The translations under genes and the position numbers were made by a program. Below are positions 10,582 to 21,800 of a stretch of 64,000 bases of DNA, in pieces. Every line of letters starts with the position of its first letter. Within the stretch, counting starts at the first letter, position 1. The stretch spans positions 1 through 64,000 of IMG/VR virus record IMGVR_UViG_3300028805_000067; one strand, written 5' to 3'. Source of the stretch: a virus. Its lineage: Duplodnaviria; Caudoviricetes. The notes below the pieces were generated by a model. It ran no database searches. It had not been told where the DNA came from and worked only from the letters and a program-made list of their open reading frames with translations.

Positions 10582-10852
10582 TTTCTTCTCCTTTCTGCTT
10601 CATAGCAGTATCATATACTATTCCGCCCATTGTATTTTCTTTTAATGCTTTTAATGAATAAATTGCATATGCTATCACTTCACCAACGACCGCACCTATT
10701 AAACTTAATAAAGGGGAAAAATCAGGTGCAATGCCAGTCGAAATAGCAACATCAATACTTTTTAAAGTAACAAACATAGTAAAAAATTCTATGATTGTAC
10801 AATTAATAAATAAAAAAGCAATTAATAATTTTGAAGTTGTTACTTTTTTCAT
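10562..10852 (-). CDS. Two-TM membrane protein, holin-like
   Basis: Two hydrophobic segments, KALKENTMGGI tail, lysis-cluster position. Confidence 0.55.
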   Translation of the reverse strand: MKKVTTSKLLIAFLFINCTIIEFFTMFVTLKSIDVAISTGIAPDFSPLLSLIGAVVGEVIAYAIYSLKALKENTMGGIVYDTAMKQKGEENVDYNS

Positions 10853-10862
10853 TTTTACCTCC

Positions 10863-12101
10863 TTACATTTGTTCTGCTAATTCAGCAATCTTAGAACGAT
10901 GAATATATTGTAATTCTATCTCGCCATAAAAATCTTGGCCTCGAAATACTTCTGATACCCTATCTAGACCATTATTAATACCACTATATATAGGTACATC
11001 TACTTGAGTATCACTATCTCCGTCTAAAATACAAATACAGTCATCACCAATTCTTTGTAAAGCGAGTTTCATCATATCTATTGTCATATTTTGAGCTTCT
11101 GTAATATAAATACCAGCCTTCATTCCAGTTGTATCAAAACCACGCACATCCGCCATAGGTAATAAAAGAAGTTGATTTTTATTCATTAAATCTTCTACAA
11201 TTAATTTATCACCAAATTTAGCGGATAAGAAATTACCTATTTGACTATCTAATAGTTTACTATCGCGGGTGCCTGGATAGTAACCAAGTTTAGCAGCGCC
11301 TCTTACTGCAACTGGATTACAGAAAATAATTATTTTATCAATAATTCCTTTTTCAAGAGCATAACATAAATAGCCAAGTGCAAGATAACTTTTTCCAGAA
11401 CCTGCATGGCCGCGGAGGACGGTAAGTTTGTTGCATAAAAGCGAATCTAATGCGCAGCGTTGATAGCCATCATCCGCCATAGGCTTAATAGTTCCTAATA
11501 AATTAGTTTTAAGTTGAAAATAAGGAACTTTAATTAGTTTATCGCCTGTCCATTTATACTCGTCAATTGTTTTATTATCCTGCGTTAAGATTAAGTATTG
11601 ATTAGGTAGCATATGATAGCCTTGAATAGTACCATTAAACTCATTCAATTGTGTTGCATAAAAAAATGCTAATTCATCTTCTGATAAATTAGCATCTATC
11701 CAACCATAATACTTTTCTTTGTCTTTTGATAAATTAATAATTGGAACTTGTAATATTTTTGCAAATTGCTGACATAATATATCTTCAGTAACAAAAAATA
11801 TATCATAACTAATGTGAGCTACATATGCGCACGCACATATTTTAGTATCATTATTAATTTCAAGATGATGTTCTTTTAATATATCATCATATCCATTTAA
11901 ATATCTCCACACCATAAAATCAGCATTTTTAAGCCAATCTACAACGCGGCGTGCTTTATATTTAATTTCATCATCTTTATAACTAGCAGTTTTAATATTT
12001 TCCAGCTCTTGTATAGTAATACTAGATATAATAAAACGCTGATTCATTTTTTGTATTAAACCTAAATTGTTTAATAAACTACAGGTATCATAAAAATACA
12101 T
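10863..12101 (-). CDS. phoH: PIN-domain PhoH-family ATPase
   Basis: N-terminal PIN (YDTCSLL...NNDTKI...VTED), Walker A GHAGSGKS, LGYYPG, EAQN, GDSDTQVD, HRSKIAELA. Confidence 0.9.
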   Translation of the reverse strand: MYFYDTCSLLNNLGLIQKMNQRFIISSITIQELENIKTASYKDDEIKYKARRVVDWLKNADFMVWRYLNGYDDILKEHHLEINNDTKICACAYVAHISYDIFFVTEDILCQQFAKILQVPIINLSKDKEKYYGWIDANLSEDELAFFYATQLNEFNGTIQGYHMLPNQYLILTQDNKTIDEYKWTGDKLIKVPYFQLKTNLLGTIKPMADDGYQRCALDSLLCNKLTVLRGHAGSGKSYLALGYLCYALEKGIIDKIIIFCNPVAVRGAAKLGYYPGTRDSKLLDSQIGNFLSAKFGDKLIVEDLMNKNQLLLLPMADVRGFDTTGMKAGIYITEAQNMTIDMMKLALQRIGDDCICILDGDSDTQVDVPIYSGINNGLDRVSEVFRGQDFYGEIELQYIHRSKIAELAEQM

Positions 12102-12352
12102 TATTTTTTTCTCTCCTTTTTACATTCTTCACATTCTTCTTCTTCTGGTGTATATTGAAAGCCAATACATTGAGTACTTACTTCTTCTTCTTTCTTTTGA
12201 AGATCCTGAGCTGCCACTATCATCTTAGCAGAAGATAAATTTACTTTATTTTCAATCCAAGTGCTCACAATGTCAAGAGTAGATATGAAGAAATTAAAAA
12301 GGGGGTATGATACCGCCCCTATTAAAATACCTTTATAAAACTTATCTTTCAT
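12101..12352 (-). CDS. Hypothetical protein
   Basis: AAGGAG RBS; first gene after a class-2 promoter motif. Confidence 0.6.
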   Translation of the reverse strand: MKDKFYKGILIGAVSYPLFNFFISTLDIVSTWIENKVNLSSAKMIVAAQDLQKKEEEVSTQCIGFQYTPEEEECEECKKERKK

Positions 12353-12427
12353 AAAAAACTCCTTTCTATGAAATTCTAATATTCTACAAAGTTATGATAT
12401 TAACTTTTTACAGTTTTGTCCAATTTT

Positions 12428-12832
12428 TTATTTCTTTAAATTATTAAGTAAATTATTTATTACAATATTGCTAGCTATTGCAGAATATATACTAAGCTCT
12501 ATAAACTGTATCTGTTTTTCAGCATCTCTAATTTTTTGAGCTAGCTTTTGAATCTGACTACATATATAATCATCATCATATCGTCTATCGCTTAAATCTC
12601 TATAAACTTTTAATTCAATTTTTGCATTAGCAATATATTTTTTATACATCTTTCTAACAGCTTTCTTTTCAGCTATATCATAACCAAGAAATCTAGATTT
12701 ATTTGGCTCATCTTCTTTATCAAGAACACTAATGCCAGAAAAAATACCAATAGGCGCCTGTATAGTAACTTCATAATTAGTTAAACCATCTTTATCTACA
12801 AATTCACGAGTATCTTTAATCTTATACTTCAT
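12428..12832 (-). CDS. Hypothetical protein
   Basis: Overlapping operon arrangement. Confidence 0.6.
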   Translation of the reverse strand: MKYKIKDTREFVDKDGLTNYEVTIQAPIGIFSGISVLDKEDEPNKSRFLGYDIAEKKAVRKMYKKYIANAKIELKVYRDLSDRRYDDDYICSQIQKLAQKIRDAEKQIQFIELSIYSAIASNIVINNLLNNLKK

Positions 12833-13367
12833 TTTTATATCTCCTTTTTATATCTGAAATAATATCTTCAATTGATACTGGATAATTATTATGTGCATCA
12901 AGTGCAACATTATAACTATTTGTTCTTACATCCCATAACTCTTTTGAATGAGTGTGTCCACTTAAATTATGTACTCTTGACTTTAATGTTTTATGATCAT
13001 CAAAGTTAGAAGTGGCAGTAGGATAATGGGATAAGAAAAAATTAAAACCATTATGCTTATAATAGGCGGCAAGACCTAGGCAGGTAACATTAGGCATAGT
13101 TTTATATAAATCAATTCTAGCAGTAGTATCATGATTGCCATATATAATATATTTTTCGCCTGGTATCTGTCTCAGTAACCGAAGCCCGCCATCATTATCA
13201 TTAAGTATTAAATCACCAAGAATATAAAGTTTATCATCCCACTTAATAACTTCCTGAAAATTTCTAACAATTGCGTCATTCATTTCTTTTACGCTATTGA
13301 AACCTCTAGGCTCATAGATAAAAGGACGAGTATGACACAGGTGTAAATCTGCTGTAAACCAATCCAT
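12822..13367 (-). CDS. Calcineurin-like metallophosphoesterase
   Basis: DLH, GD, GNHD, LSH, GHTH motifs. Confidence 0.9.
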   Translation of the reverse strand: MDWFTADLHLCHTRPFIYEPRGFNSVKEMNDAIVRNFQEVIKWDDKLYILGDLILNDNDGGLRLLRQIPGEKYIIYGNHDTTARIDLYKTMPNVTCLGLAAYYKHNGFNFFLSHYPTATSNFDDHKTLKSRVHNLSGHTHSKELWDVRTNSYNVALDAHNNYPVSIEDIISDIKRRYKNEV

Positions 13368-13378
13368 TTGAAACTCCT

Positions 13379-13888
13379 TTACATTAACATTTTTCTTATT
13401 GCACCTAATTCATTAACTTCATAAATAGATGAAAAACCTTCATCTTTAGTTGGATACTGAAATCTATTCCACATTCTTCTTAGCTGTTCTTCTGGCACTA
13501 CTCTAATACCTTTTCTTGAACTATTTCTAGCCTTACATACTGGATAAGGTGTTGTAAATACAACAGCAACAGCTTTTCCATAGCTAGCATATATTCTATT
13601 TAATAATTCTTTGCGGGAGGCGGGATGTAAATTAGTAGCATCTGCAATAACATCTTTACCGTTTTCAAGACATTTATTAATTATTTCAAAAAAGTTACTT
13701 TTCACCTGTGTTTCTTTTGAAAAATAATTCCGTAATGTTACTTTATCTTCTCCACCAAGTAAATTATATCTTATTTCATCTCTTGATACCCATAAAATAT
13801 CTTTATGATTATTTACATAATTTTGAGCAAAATAGCTTTTTCCACAGCCGGGGATTCCACATAAAACATAAAGTATATTATTATTCAT
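13379..13888 (-). CDS. Polynucleotide kinase-like P-loop kinase (AAA_33/T4 Pnk kinase domain)
   Basis: GIPGCGKS, SRDEIR, DATNL, RNSSR lid motif. Confidence 0.85.
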   Translation of the reverse strand: MNNNILYVLCGIPGCGKSYFAQNYVNNHKDILWVSRDEIRYNLLGGEDKVTLRNYFSKETQVKSNFFEIINKCLENGKDVIADATNLHPASRKELLNRIYASYGKAVAVVFTTPYPVCKARNSSRKGIRVVPEEQLRRMWNRFQYPTKDEGFSSIYEVNELGAIRKMLM

Positions 13889-14135
13889 TATTATTCACCA
13901 CCTCTTGAATTAGTCCATTATTAAAATCTTCTATAAAATCATAATAAGTATAACTATTAGATATTTCTATATGTTTAGTAACTGTATTACAATATATACA
14001 ATATAAATCTTTGATATGTCCTTTTTCTCTTGATTGTCCATGTTTACGGGGAATAGATATACCTCTTTTTCCGCATTTAGAGCAATAAAAATCAGATATA
14101 GAAAAATTTTGTCTAATCATTCTTATTCTCCTCAT
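13881..14135 (-). CDS. Zinc-ribbon protein, ribosomal protein L33-like
   Basis: CSKC...HIKDLYCIYCNTVTKHIE pattern. Confidence 0.5.
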   Translation of the reverse strand: MRRIRMIRQNFSISDFYCSKCGKRGISIPRKHGQSREKGHIKDLYCIYCNTVTKHIEISNSYTYYDFIEDFNNGLIQEVVNNNE

Positions 14136-14421
14136 GCAGTACTTTATTTACAATTCTGAAAAAATCCTCTCTTTCTTTTAATTCACGCAGTCTATTTTCT
14201 TCTCTCTCTTTTTCCTTTTCCAAATAAGTTTTTTCTCTATATTCGCTTAACTCTGTATAATCTTCCTTTTTCTGGAAGCCTCTTCTCATATACTCATGCC
14301 CGCCATCTACAAAAACTCTTTTACAAGAACAATATTTAAAATCATGGGCGTACTCACTTTCAATTACATCTCCGCAATAATTACATTTAATTTTATTACT
14401 TATAATTTTTATATCTTTCAT
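14113..14421 (-). CDS. Conserved phage Zn-binding hypothetical protein
   Basis: CNYCGDVIES...HDFKYCSC..VFVDGG. Confidence 0.65.
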   Translation of the reverse strand: MKDIKIISNKIKCNYCGDVIESEYAHDFKYCSCKRVFVDGGHEYMRRGFQKKEDYTELSEYREKTYLEKEKEREENRLRELKEREDFFRIVNKVLHEENKND

Positions 14422-14494
14422 TTATTTAAACACCTCATTTCTTTTTTGTTTCAACCTTAATTATATTTTACCATAAAAATTTAATTTTGTCAAA

Positions 14495-14755
14495 TTAATC
14501 CGCATTTGGATAAGATTTAAGTAAGAAAAACAAATCTGCTTTAATTTCAGTGTCATCACGCATTTTGATGATTTCTTTAAGCAATTCTACATCTCTTGCA
14601 TTTCTTGGTGAGAGATTGGACATGATTTTATCAAACATAGCAGATTTTTTTAACAGAGTTTCAAGTTCTTTTTCTGATACAATTTTATTCATTCCTTTTT
14701 TCTCCTTTTTTATCTTTTTCATATATATTATAACAAAAATTTTTATGATTTTCAA
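14495..14755 (-). CDS. Hypothetical protein (true start probably MNKIV)
   Basis: ORF after class-1 promoter with AAGGAG RBS. Confidence 0.5.
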   Translation of the reverse strand: MKIIKIFVIIYMKKIKKEKKGMNKIVSEKELETLLKKSAMFDKIMSNLSPRNARDVELLKEIIKMRDDTEIKADLFFLLKSYPNAD

Positions 14756-14889
14756 TTGAATAAAGTTAATGCTACCTTTGTTGATGTTTTGAAAAATTTA
14801 TGATATAATAAAAATGGTCAAAGATATATAACTTCCTTATTTTAATTTTGATAAGAATTAGTAAAGTTTATAAGAAGGAGGGGAAATAA

Positions 14890-15360
14890 GTGGAATCTAG
14901 AACTAAAGTCAAATTGATTCGCACTACATTAGATAAAATTGACAGTATACCAATTGTAGATGGACAATTTATTCTTGTAACCAATAATATAGGTAAAAGC
15001 GAATATATTGCAGAAGATAATGAATATGGTAGACAAAAATTTTCTAATATAGAAGATTTAAGTTTTGAACGCGAAAGAGATATGATAGTCCCTTCAGAAA
15101 ATAAAATATATTATATTAAAGAAACAGGTTTAATATATAAATATACTAATGCTACTTGGGACTGCTTAAATAAAACAAAAGTGATACAAGTTAATAGGGT
15201 TATAGATTTACCTGTTACAGGTAATCCATTTGCAGTATATTTTATAAAATCAAAAAATCAAGTATACTATTGGAATGAAGATGAGTTACATTATTTCTGT
15301 GCTGGTTCTGACTGGCATGATATAGAAACAATTGATGCTAATTTTACAACAAATAATTAA
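14890..15360 (+). CDS. Putative virion structural/tail adaptor protein
   Basis: Strong RBS; first gene of fibre operon after class-2 promoter motif. Confidence 0.55.
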   Translation: MESRTKVKLIRTTLDKIDSIPIVDGQFILVTNNIGKSEYIAEDNEYGRQKFSNIEDLSFERERDMIVPSENKIYYIKETGLIYKYTNATWDCLNKTKVIQVNRVIDLPVTGNPFAVYFIKSKNQVYYWNEDELHYFCAGSDWHDIETIDANFTTNN

Positions 15361-15371
15361 GGAGGGGTATA

Positions 15372-17675
15372 ATGGCTGACAATATTTTGAGAACAAGATT
15401 AATCAGCGCGTATAATACTTTAGATTATTGGTCTACCGCTACTACAATACCACTTGGCGGTGAAGTATGTTACGCTGTTGATGATGATAATAAGATATTA
15501 GAAATTAAAATTGGTGATGGTATTCATAAATATTCTGAATTACCAACTCAATCTTTTGATAGCGAAGACCATTTATATAAATTGTCTACACCAGCTTCGA
15601 CGGCTGCGGATGCCACTAATTTTTCTGCTACAACTTATTTGCAAGTTAATAATGGTGCAGGCGGCAGCTCTTATAGTAATGCATCTAGCGCTGTTTTAAC
15701 CATTCCAGCTGCTACAACATCTAAAGCTGGTGTTTTAACAGCTTCTGATAAAAAGATTGTTGATGCTGCCGCAGATACAAGGCTTACAGGTGGCACTACA
15801 GGTTCAACCGCCGCTGGTAACGCATATGTAACTGTTAATACAAAAACTGTTAGCAGTGCTGGCGCAACATCTACAGGAACTTCTACTCTTAAAGTAGATG
15901 GTCTTGGTACAATGGCGTTTGAATCATCTGCGGATTTTGTAAGTGTTGTAACTACTGCGGCATATAATACAAATGGTGTTACAATAAAGCAAACTAAAGG
16001 CGGAACAGCTTCTACAGTTGCCAATTTCGGCTCTGCTGCTAAATCTAATATTGTAACATCTATTGGGTCAAGTCCGGCATCTTCAAGTACAAATGTTCCT
16101 ACAGATTATGCAGTATGGAAAGCAATCGATGATTTGCCAGAGCCAATGATATTTAAAGGTTCTGTAGGTACTGATGGTACTACTGCATCACTTCCCACAA
16201 CTGGATTAAGTACTTATGAAGGTTGGACATATAAAGTAATTACAGACGGTACTTATGGTGGGGTTACCGCTGAAGTAGGTGATTCATTAATCTGTAATGG
16301 TACTGAATGGGTACTTATTCCTTCTGGTGATGAACCTTCTGGTACAGTTACTTCTGTAGGTGTAAGTTCAACTGCTACAGATAGTCCATTATCTGTAACT
16401 GGTAGTCCAATTACTTCGTCTGGTACAATTGATATTGAACATGCAGCTGGTAATACAACTACAGCTAAGTATGGTGCAACTGCAGCTAAATCAGGTCTTG
16501 GTGGAACTGTAAATGTTCCGTTCATTCAAGCAGATAAATATGGACATGTAACATCCGCAGGTCATTTCAAATTCACTGCGCCGACTGAAGCTCAAGTTAA
16601 GGCAGTTAAAGTTAACAATGCTTCTAGTGCAGATAATGCAGATTATGCAACATCTGCTGGAGATTCTGCTAAATTAAATGGTGTAGATGCTTCTAATTTC
16701 TTACAAGCTGATGATATTTCTGCGGGCACTGGTATAACAGTTACAACTGCTGCAGGCGCATCTACAGTAAGTGCAGATCTTGCAACCACAGTTAAGTATA
16801 ATGGTGCCGCTGCAACTGTAACAGCCGCACAGAGTACAGCAGTAGCTAATAGAGTATATGCAATACAGCCAGATAAAAATGGTGACCTTGCAGTATATGT
16901 ACCTTGGTCTAATACACAAGATGGTCATACTTATTTAAAAAGTGATCAGTTTACAAATACTCCAGCATCTGCTTCAGTTAAGTTAGGTATACAAACAAGT
17001 GGTACATCCGCAGCAAAAGCTGAAACAACTATTGCAGCTGCAAGTACAAGTCAAGCCGGTGTAATGACAACTGCTCAAGTTGCTACATTAAATAAAGTAG
17101 TATCTGCAACTTCTGCTGTTGAAGGTATTACAAAGAAGCCTAGCGGAACAGCTCCTATTTCAGTAGATGCTAATAATGTAATATCGTTAGATGATTCTGG
17201 TGTATCTGCTGGAACATATGGCGCTTCGGCTAATGTACCAGTTATTACAGTTGATGCAAAAGGTAGAGTAACTTCTGCTACTACTGTTGCTGTTAAAGAT
17301 ACTACTTATAGTGCTTCTGCAAGTGATAGAATTGCTTTAAGTGGAACTACTTTTTATCATACTACTGCTATTACAGCTGGTAAAACAGTTACAAATACTG
17401 CAAGTACAGCAGATACATGGGGAGAAAGTGTATCATTTTCAGTACCAGAAATTTCATATGATAAATGGGGACATACAACTGCTGTAACAAGTAAAGCTTT
17501 TAAAGTTTCAATACCTGCAAGTTCTGCTTTTAATTATACTATTAGTGCAGATAATGAAGCTATTAAATTATATAGAAATGGAACTTTAGCAAGTTCTGCA
17601 TCAACAGTAAGCACTGATTTACTTAGAAATGGTGTTAATACTTTAATACTTAATGGTAATTTTACAACTGCTTAA
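15372..17675 (+). CDS. Tail fibre-like protein
   Basis: N-terminal ..GEVCY..KIGDG fibre-attachment motif; Ala/Thr/Ser-rich; DKYGHVT/DAKGRVT and PAATTSKAGV repeats. Confidence 0.75.
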   Translation: MADNILRTRLISAYNTLDYWSTATTIPLGGEVCYAVDDDNKILEIKIGDGIHKYSELPTQSFDSEDHLYKLSTPASTAADATNFSATTYLQVNNGAGGSSYSNASSAVLTIPAATTSKAGVLTASDKKIVDAAADTRLTGGTTGSTAAGNAYVTVNTKTVSSAGATSTGTSTLKVDGLGTMAFESSADFVSVVTTAAYNTNGVTIKQTKGGTASTVANFGSAAKSNIVTSIGSSPASSSTNVPTDYAVWKAIDDLPEPMIFKGSVGTDGTTASLPTTGLSTYEGWTYKVITDGTYGGVTAEVGDSLICNGTEWVLIPSGDEPSGTVTSVGVSSTATDSPLSVTGSPITSSGTIDIEHAAGNTTTAKYGATAAKSGLGGTVNVPFIQADKYGHVTSAGHFKFTAPTEAQVKAVKVNNASSADNADYATSAGDSAKLNGVDASNFLQADDISAGTGITVTTAAGASTVSADLATTVKYNGAAATVTAAQSTAVANRVYAIQPDKNGDLAVYVPWSNTQDGHTYLKSDQFTNTPASASVKLGIQTSGTSAAKAETTIAAASTSQAGVMTTAQVATLNKVVSATSAVEGITKKPSGTAPISVDANNVISLDDSGVSAGTYGASANVPVITVDAKGRVTSATTVAVKDTTYSASASDRIALSGTTFYHTTAITAGKTVTNTASTADTWGESVSFSVPEISYDKWGHTTAVTSKAFKVSIPASSAFNYTISADNEAIKLYRNGTLASSASTVSTDLLRNGVNTLILNGNFTTA

Positions 17676-17710
17676 TATAAATTATAAGATAAAAAGGAGA
17701 TAAAGGAATA

Positions 17711-18859
17711 ATGGAAGAAAATAACATTCTTGAAGGTAACTTTACGGAAATAGATGGGGCGGCAACCGCTCAAGAAGCGCCCGCCCAAATACCTTTTATG
17801 TCAGTTATCATTCCAGCATATAATTGTAGGAATGAAATTGAAAAATTATTATATTCTATTGTGGCACAAAATTGGTCAAAAGATAAATTAGAAGTAATTA
17901 TTTGTGATGATAATTCTACTGATGGTTTCATGGAACTTGTTGAACCATTTTATGAGCAATTAAATATAAAGTATTTTAAGACTGAACCCAGAGATATTCA
18001 TTGTCCTGGCAACACAAGAAAAGATGGATTAAGTCATGCTACAGGTGAATGGGTAACATTTATTGATAATGATGATGTATTTGATAATGGTGCTTTTGAT
18101 ATGATTGAAAATCATATTAAGACCACTGGCGAAACACGCATGGTATTTACAATATTCCACGAGTGGATTGATAAGAAATGGGTTCAAGAAGGTACTAAAT
18201 GGGGATACGGTAGGGATTTTGATGGTAATACTTGGTTGCATGGTAATTGGTATAATAGAGCATGGTTAAAGAAATTTAATATTGATTTCAAAGAAAATCT
18301 TGAAAGCCATGAAGATTTATATTTTAATTCTATGTGTACTACAGCGTTATTGAGTGAGGGAGTTTCATATTCTATTCCCGCTGAAAACCTTAATACAGAA
18401 AATAGAAAATATGCTTATACTTGGGTTTATAGACCAAACTCTTTAAGCAGAAGTTATTTTTCAGAAACGCATTATTATATTGAAGTATATTTAAGAGATT
18501 ATATTTACTCTGCAACTGAGCCTTGGTTATATGGGTATAGATTATATTGTCAAAATGGACAGAATCCAGAATTAAGAGAATTTTTTATTAAACAATGTGT
18601 TGCTACTATTTTATATACTTTCTTCTATTGGGAGGCTGGATATTATAGAATAGGTGAACAAGTATTGCCTGAGAATATTCCCATTATTAAAGATGCTGTT
18701 GAACAGATTTGTTTTAGGTTTAAGATAACTCGAACAGAAATCATTCAAAGAGTTTATGCAAGACCTGATGAATATATGAGAATTAAACAGGAATCTTTTA
18801 GCGGCGGTGGTTCTTTTGTAGAGCTTCATACATTTAAAGATTTTATTATGAGTTTATAA
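17711..18859 (+). CDS. Glycosyltransferase family 2
   Basis: SVIIPAYN, IICDDNSTD, GEWVTFIDNDD (DxD), HED. Confidence 0.9.
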   Translation: MEENNILEGNFTEIDGAATAQEAPAQIPFMSVIIPAYNCRNEIEKLLYSIVAQNWSKDKLEVIICDDNSTDGFMELVEPFYEQLNIKYFKTEPRDIHCPGNTRKDGLSHATGEWVTFIDNDDVFDNGAFDMIENHIKTTGETRMVFTIFHEWIDKKWVQEGTKWGYGRDFDGNTWLHGNWYNRAWLKKFNIDFKENLESHEDLYFNSMCTTALLSEGVSYSIPAENLNTENRKYAYTWVYRPNSLSRSYFSETHYYIEVYLRDYIYSATEPWLYGYRLYCQNGQNPELREFFIKQCVATILYTFFYWEAGYYRIGEQVLPENIPIIKDAVEQICFRFKITRTEIIQRVYARPDEYMRIKQESFSGGGSFVELHTFKDFIMSL

Positions 18860-18885
18860 TATATTAAGAAGGAGGAGTTGCCGAT

Positions 18886-21800
18886 ATGGCAGATAATGTA
18901 ATTGATGTTAGGCTACAGTCCGCCTATAAAACGGCAGCAGTCTGGTCTACTTCTAATCCAGTTTTAAAGCTGGGCGAAGTAGGCTATGAATCGGATACGG
19001 GTGGATTATTTAAAATAGGTAATGGAACTTCTACATGGAATCAATTACCTTACTCTAATCATCGTCCACTTACTAATAATGATTTTGATACTGCCAATAT
19101 AAGTACAGCGGATGTGGGTTGCGTAACTGCATCTAGCGCGGCGGGCGCCACTGAACATAGCGCAGGTACAACAGGACAAGCGTTAGTTAGTGATGGTGAT
19201 TCTGTATATTGGGGCGACCCACAGCATGCGGGTACAACAGATGAAGCGCAGCATGCAACCTCCGCCGCCACATTAGATGACACCGAATTTATAGAAGATA
19301 ATGAACCATATTTATTTAGAACCGCTCCGAATGAGGCAGGAAATCGTGTATATGAAGATGCTATTGTTGGCGGAAGTGTTGCGTGGAATCAGCTTGTGCA
19401 GAATGGGGATTTTAGTGATACAAGTAATTGGACAACACGAGGCGGTACAAGTTTTTCTGTAAATAATAATGTTGCAACTGTAACATTTGGAAGTGACAGT
19501 ATAAGCGCACTATTAAGCTCAATGGTTCCACTATATAAGAATCATGTATATCTATTGCACGCAACAATTAAGAGTAATGATACAGGGAAGTTGACTATGT
19601 GTATGACCATAAACAGTGGCAGCATAGTAAATCCTCATGTTGATGTTACGACAACATCCAATTGGACAGACATATATGCTCTTGGCGTATTAAATGCAGA
19701 ACCATCAAGTCCTACACGCACTGCAAATAATATAATGTTTAGAAGGCTTGGTTCGGATGTATTTTCGGTTGATATTAAAAATGTATATACAACTGACCTC
19801 ACCCTCATGTTCGGCACCGCCATAGCCGACTACATCTACTCATTAGAACAAGCCCGAGCAGGCAGTGGCATCGCATGGCTTAAATCCTATGGATTCTTTA
19901 CAAAAGACTACTATGCATATGACGCAGGCGGTATTGAATCTGTTAAGACAAGTGCGAAGAAAGTGGTTGGGTTTAATCAGTGGGATGAGCAGTGGGAAGT
20001 TGGTTCAATAAATGGAGAAACAGGTGCGAACGTAAGTCATAGTTCAAGATTTAGAAGCAAGAATTATATTCCTGCATTGCCTAATACTGGATATTTTATC
20101 AAACACCCTACTTCAACATTTAGACTTATTTATTATGATTTAAATAAAAACTGCATCGGTTCATCATCAACTTTTTTACAAAACAAAGTGTTAACAACTC
20201 CTGAAAATTGTTATTATATAAGATTTTGGCAAGAGGGTGCAACCTACAACCACGACATCTGCATCAACATCCGTTGGGATGGTGAAAGAGATGGTGAGTA
20301 TGAACCCTACACCGAGCACACCTATCCGCTTGATTCTACGAAAGAATGGAGAGGATTGTTTAAGTTAGACGCAAATAATAACCTCTATGCGGATGGGGAT
20401 ATTTACCCTGCAAGTGGGGAAGCGAGTAGAAGGTATATTTTGGTGGATTTGGGAACGCTGACATGGACATACAATAGTACAGACGCAAGATTTATTTGCG
20501 ATAATGGCATTACGATTAAGAATACTGTAACATCATCACAGTTATACAATGCAATTTGTAGTAAATATGTGGTAGTGCCAAGAGGCGAACTCTCTGATAA
20601 AAATATAAGCCTTCATTATTCGTATTCGCAACACTCATATATCAATGTGATGGATAGTACATATACAGATGCCGCAACATTCAAAACCGCAATGAATGGT
20701 GTCTATCTCGTCTGCGAACTCGCAACCCCCACCACCGAATCCGCAGATCCCTACACATCACCTCAAATCGTAGATAATTGGGGAACAGAAGAATTTGTGG
20801 ATGAAAGAACAGTACCTATTCCTGTGGGACACAATAGCAGATACCCTAAAACTGACAATTATAAACTAGCTAATATTCCAGCACCTCCTGGTGGAGCTGG
20901 TGATTATATAGTGCATACTGATGAATATGGTGAGAGTGTTTATCAACAAGCATCAGATATAAAAGTTAATTATGCGGGCACCGCCGATGTAGGTAAACGA
21001 AGAATATTCATTCAAGGTTCACAAACTACTGCAACCACTACTGGATTATGGACAGGGGATGCGTCACCTTACTTTAATTCAGCAGATGACTTACAAGACG
21101 GACAAGAGATAACATATTGGTTGCCATTACCTACAACTGGTGATGCTACATTAAATCTTAAGTTTGGTGATGGTACTTCATCAGGTGCAGTAGATTGTTA
21201 CTATAGTGGTACAAGTAGATTAACTACACATTACGGACAAGGTAATGCAATTCACTTAACTTACAGAAAAAATGTAAAGATACCTAGCACCGGTTCTACA
21301 ACATATACAGGATGGTGGGCGGATGCCAATTATGATACTAATAGTAATACAGTATCTACTTTAAGAGGTGACTACACTTACTTAGTAGCCGGGCCCACTG
21401 TAGGTGTTAAACAATATTCACTAATTGCAAGAGATGCTAATGGTAAGTATTCTTCATTTACATCCTCACAGGGAACAGCAACATCTAAACCCGCTAATAG
21501 AACAGATTATTTTGATATAAGCAAAATATTTTATTATAATGGTTCAGCATCTGTTGCGGCTAATGACAATATGTCGACTGCTACTTTGCATTGGGCAGTA
21601 GCTGGTGCGGATCTAAGATATTCACTTAATATCAGCAAATCTGCATTAACTGTTAGCAAACCAGTGTACTTAAAATTTAACGCTAATGAAAGTACAGTAA
21701 GTAGTATTACAGGCGCAGTTTGTTATAAACTTGGCGGAACTGCTAATGATGATTATTGGTCACAAACTTTACCTACTTCTGCTGATGGTATGATATATGT

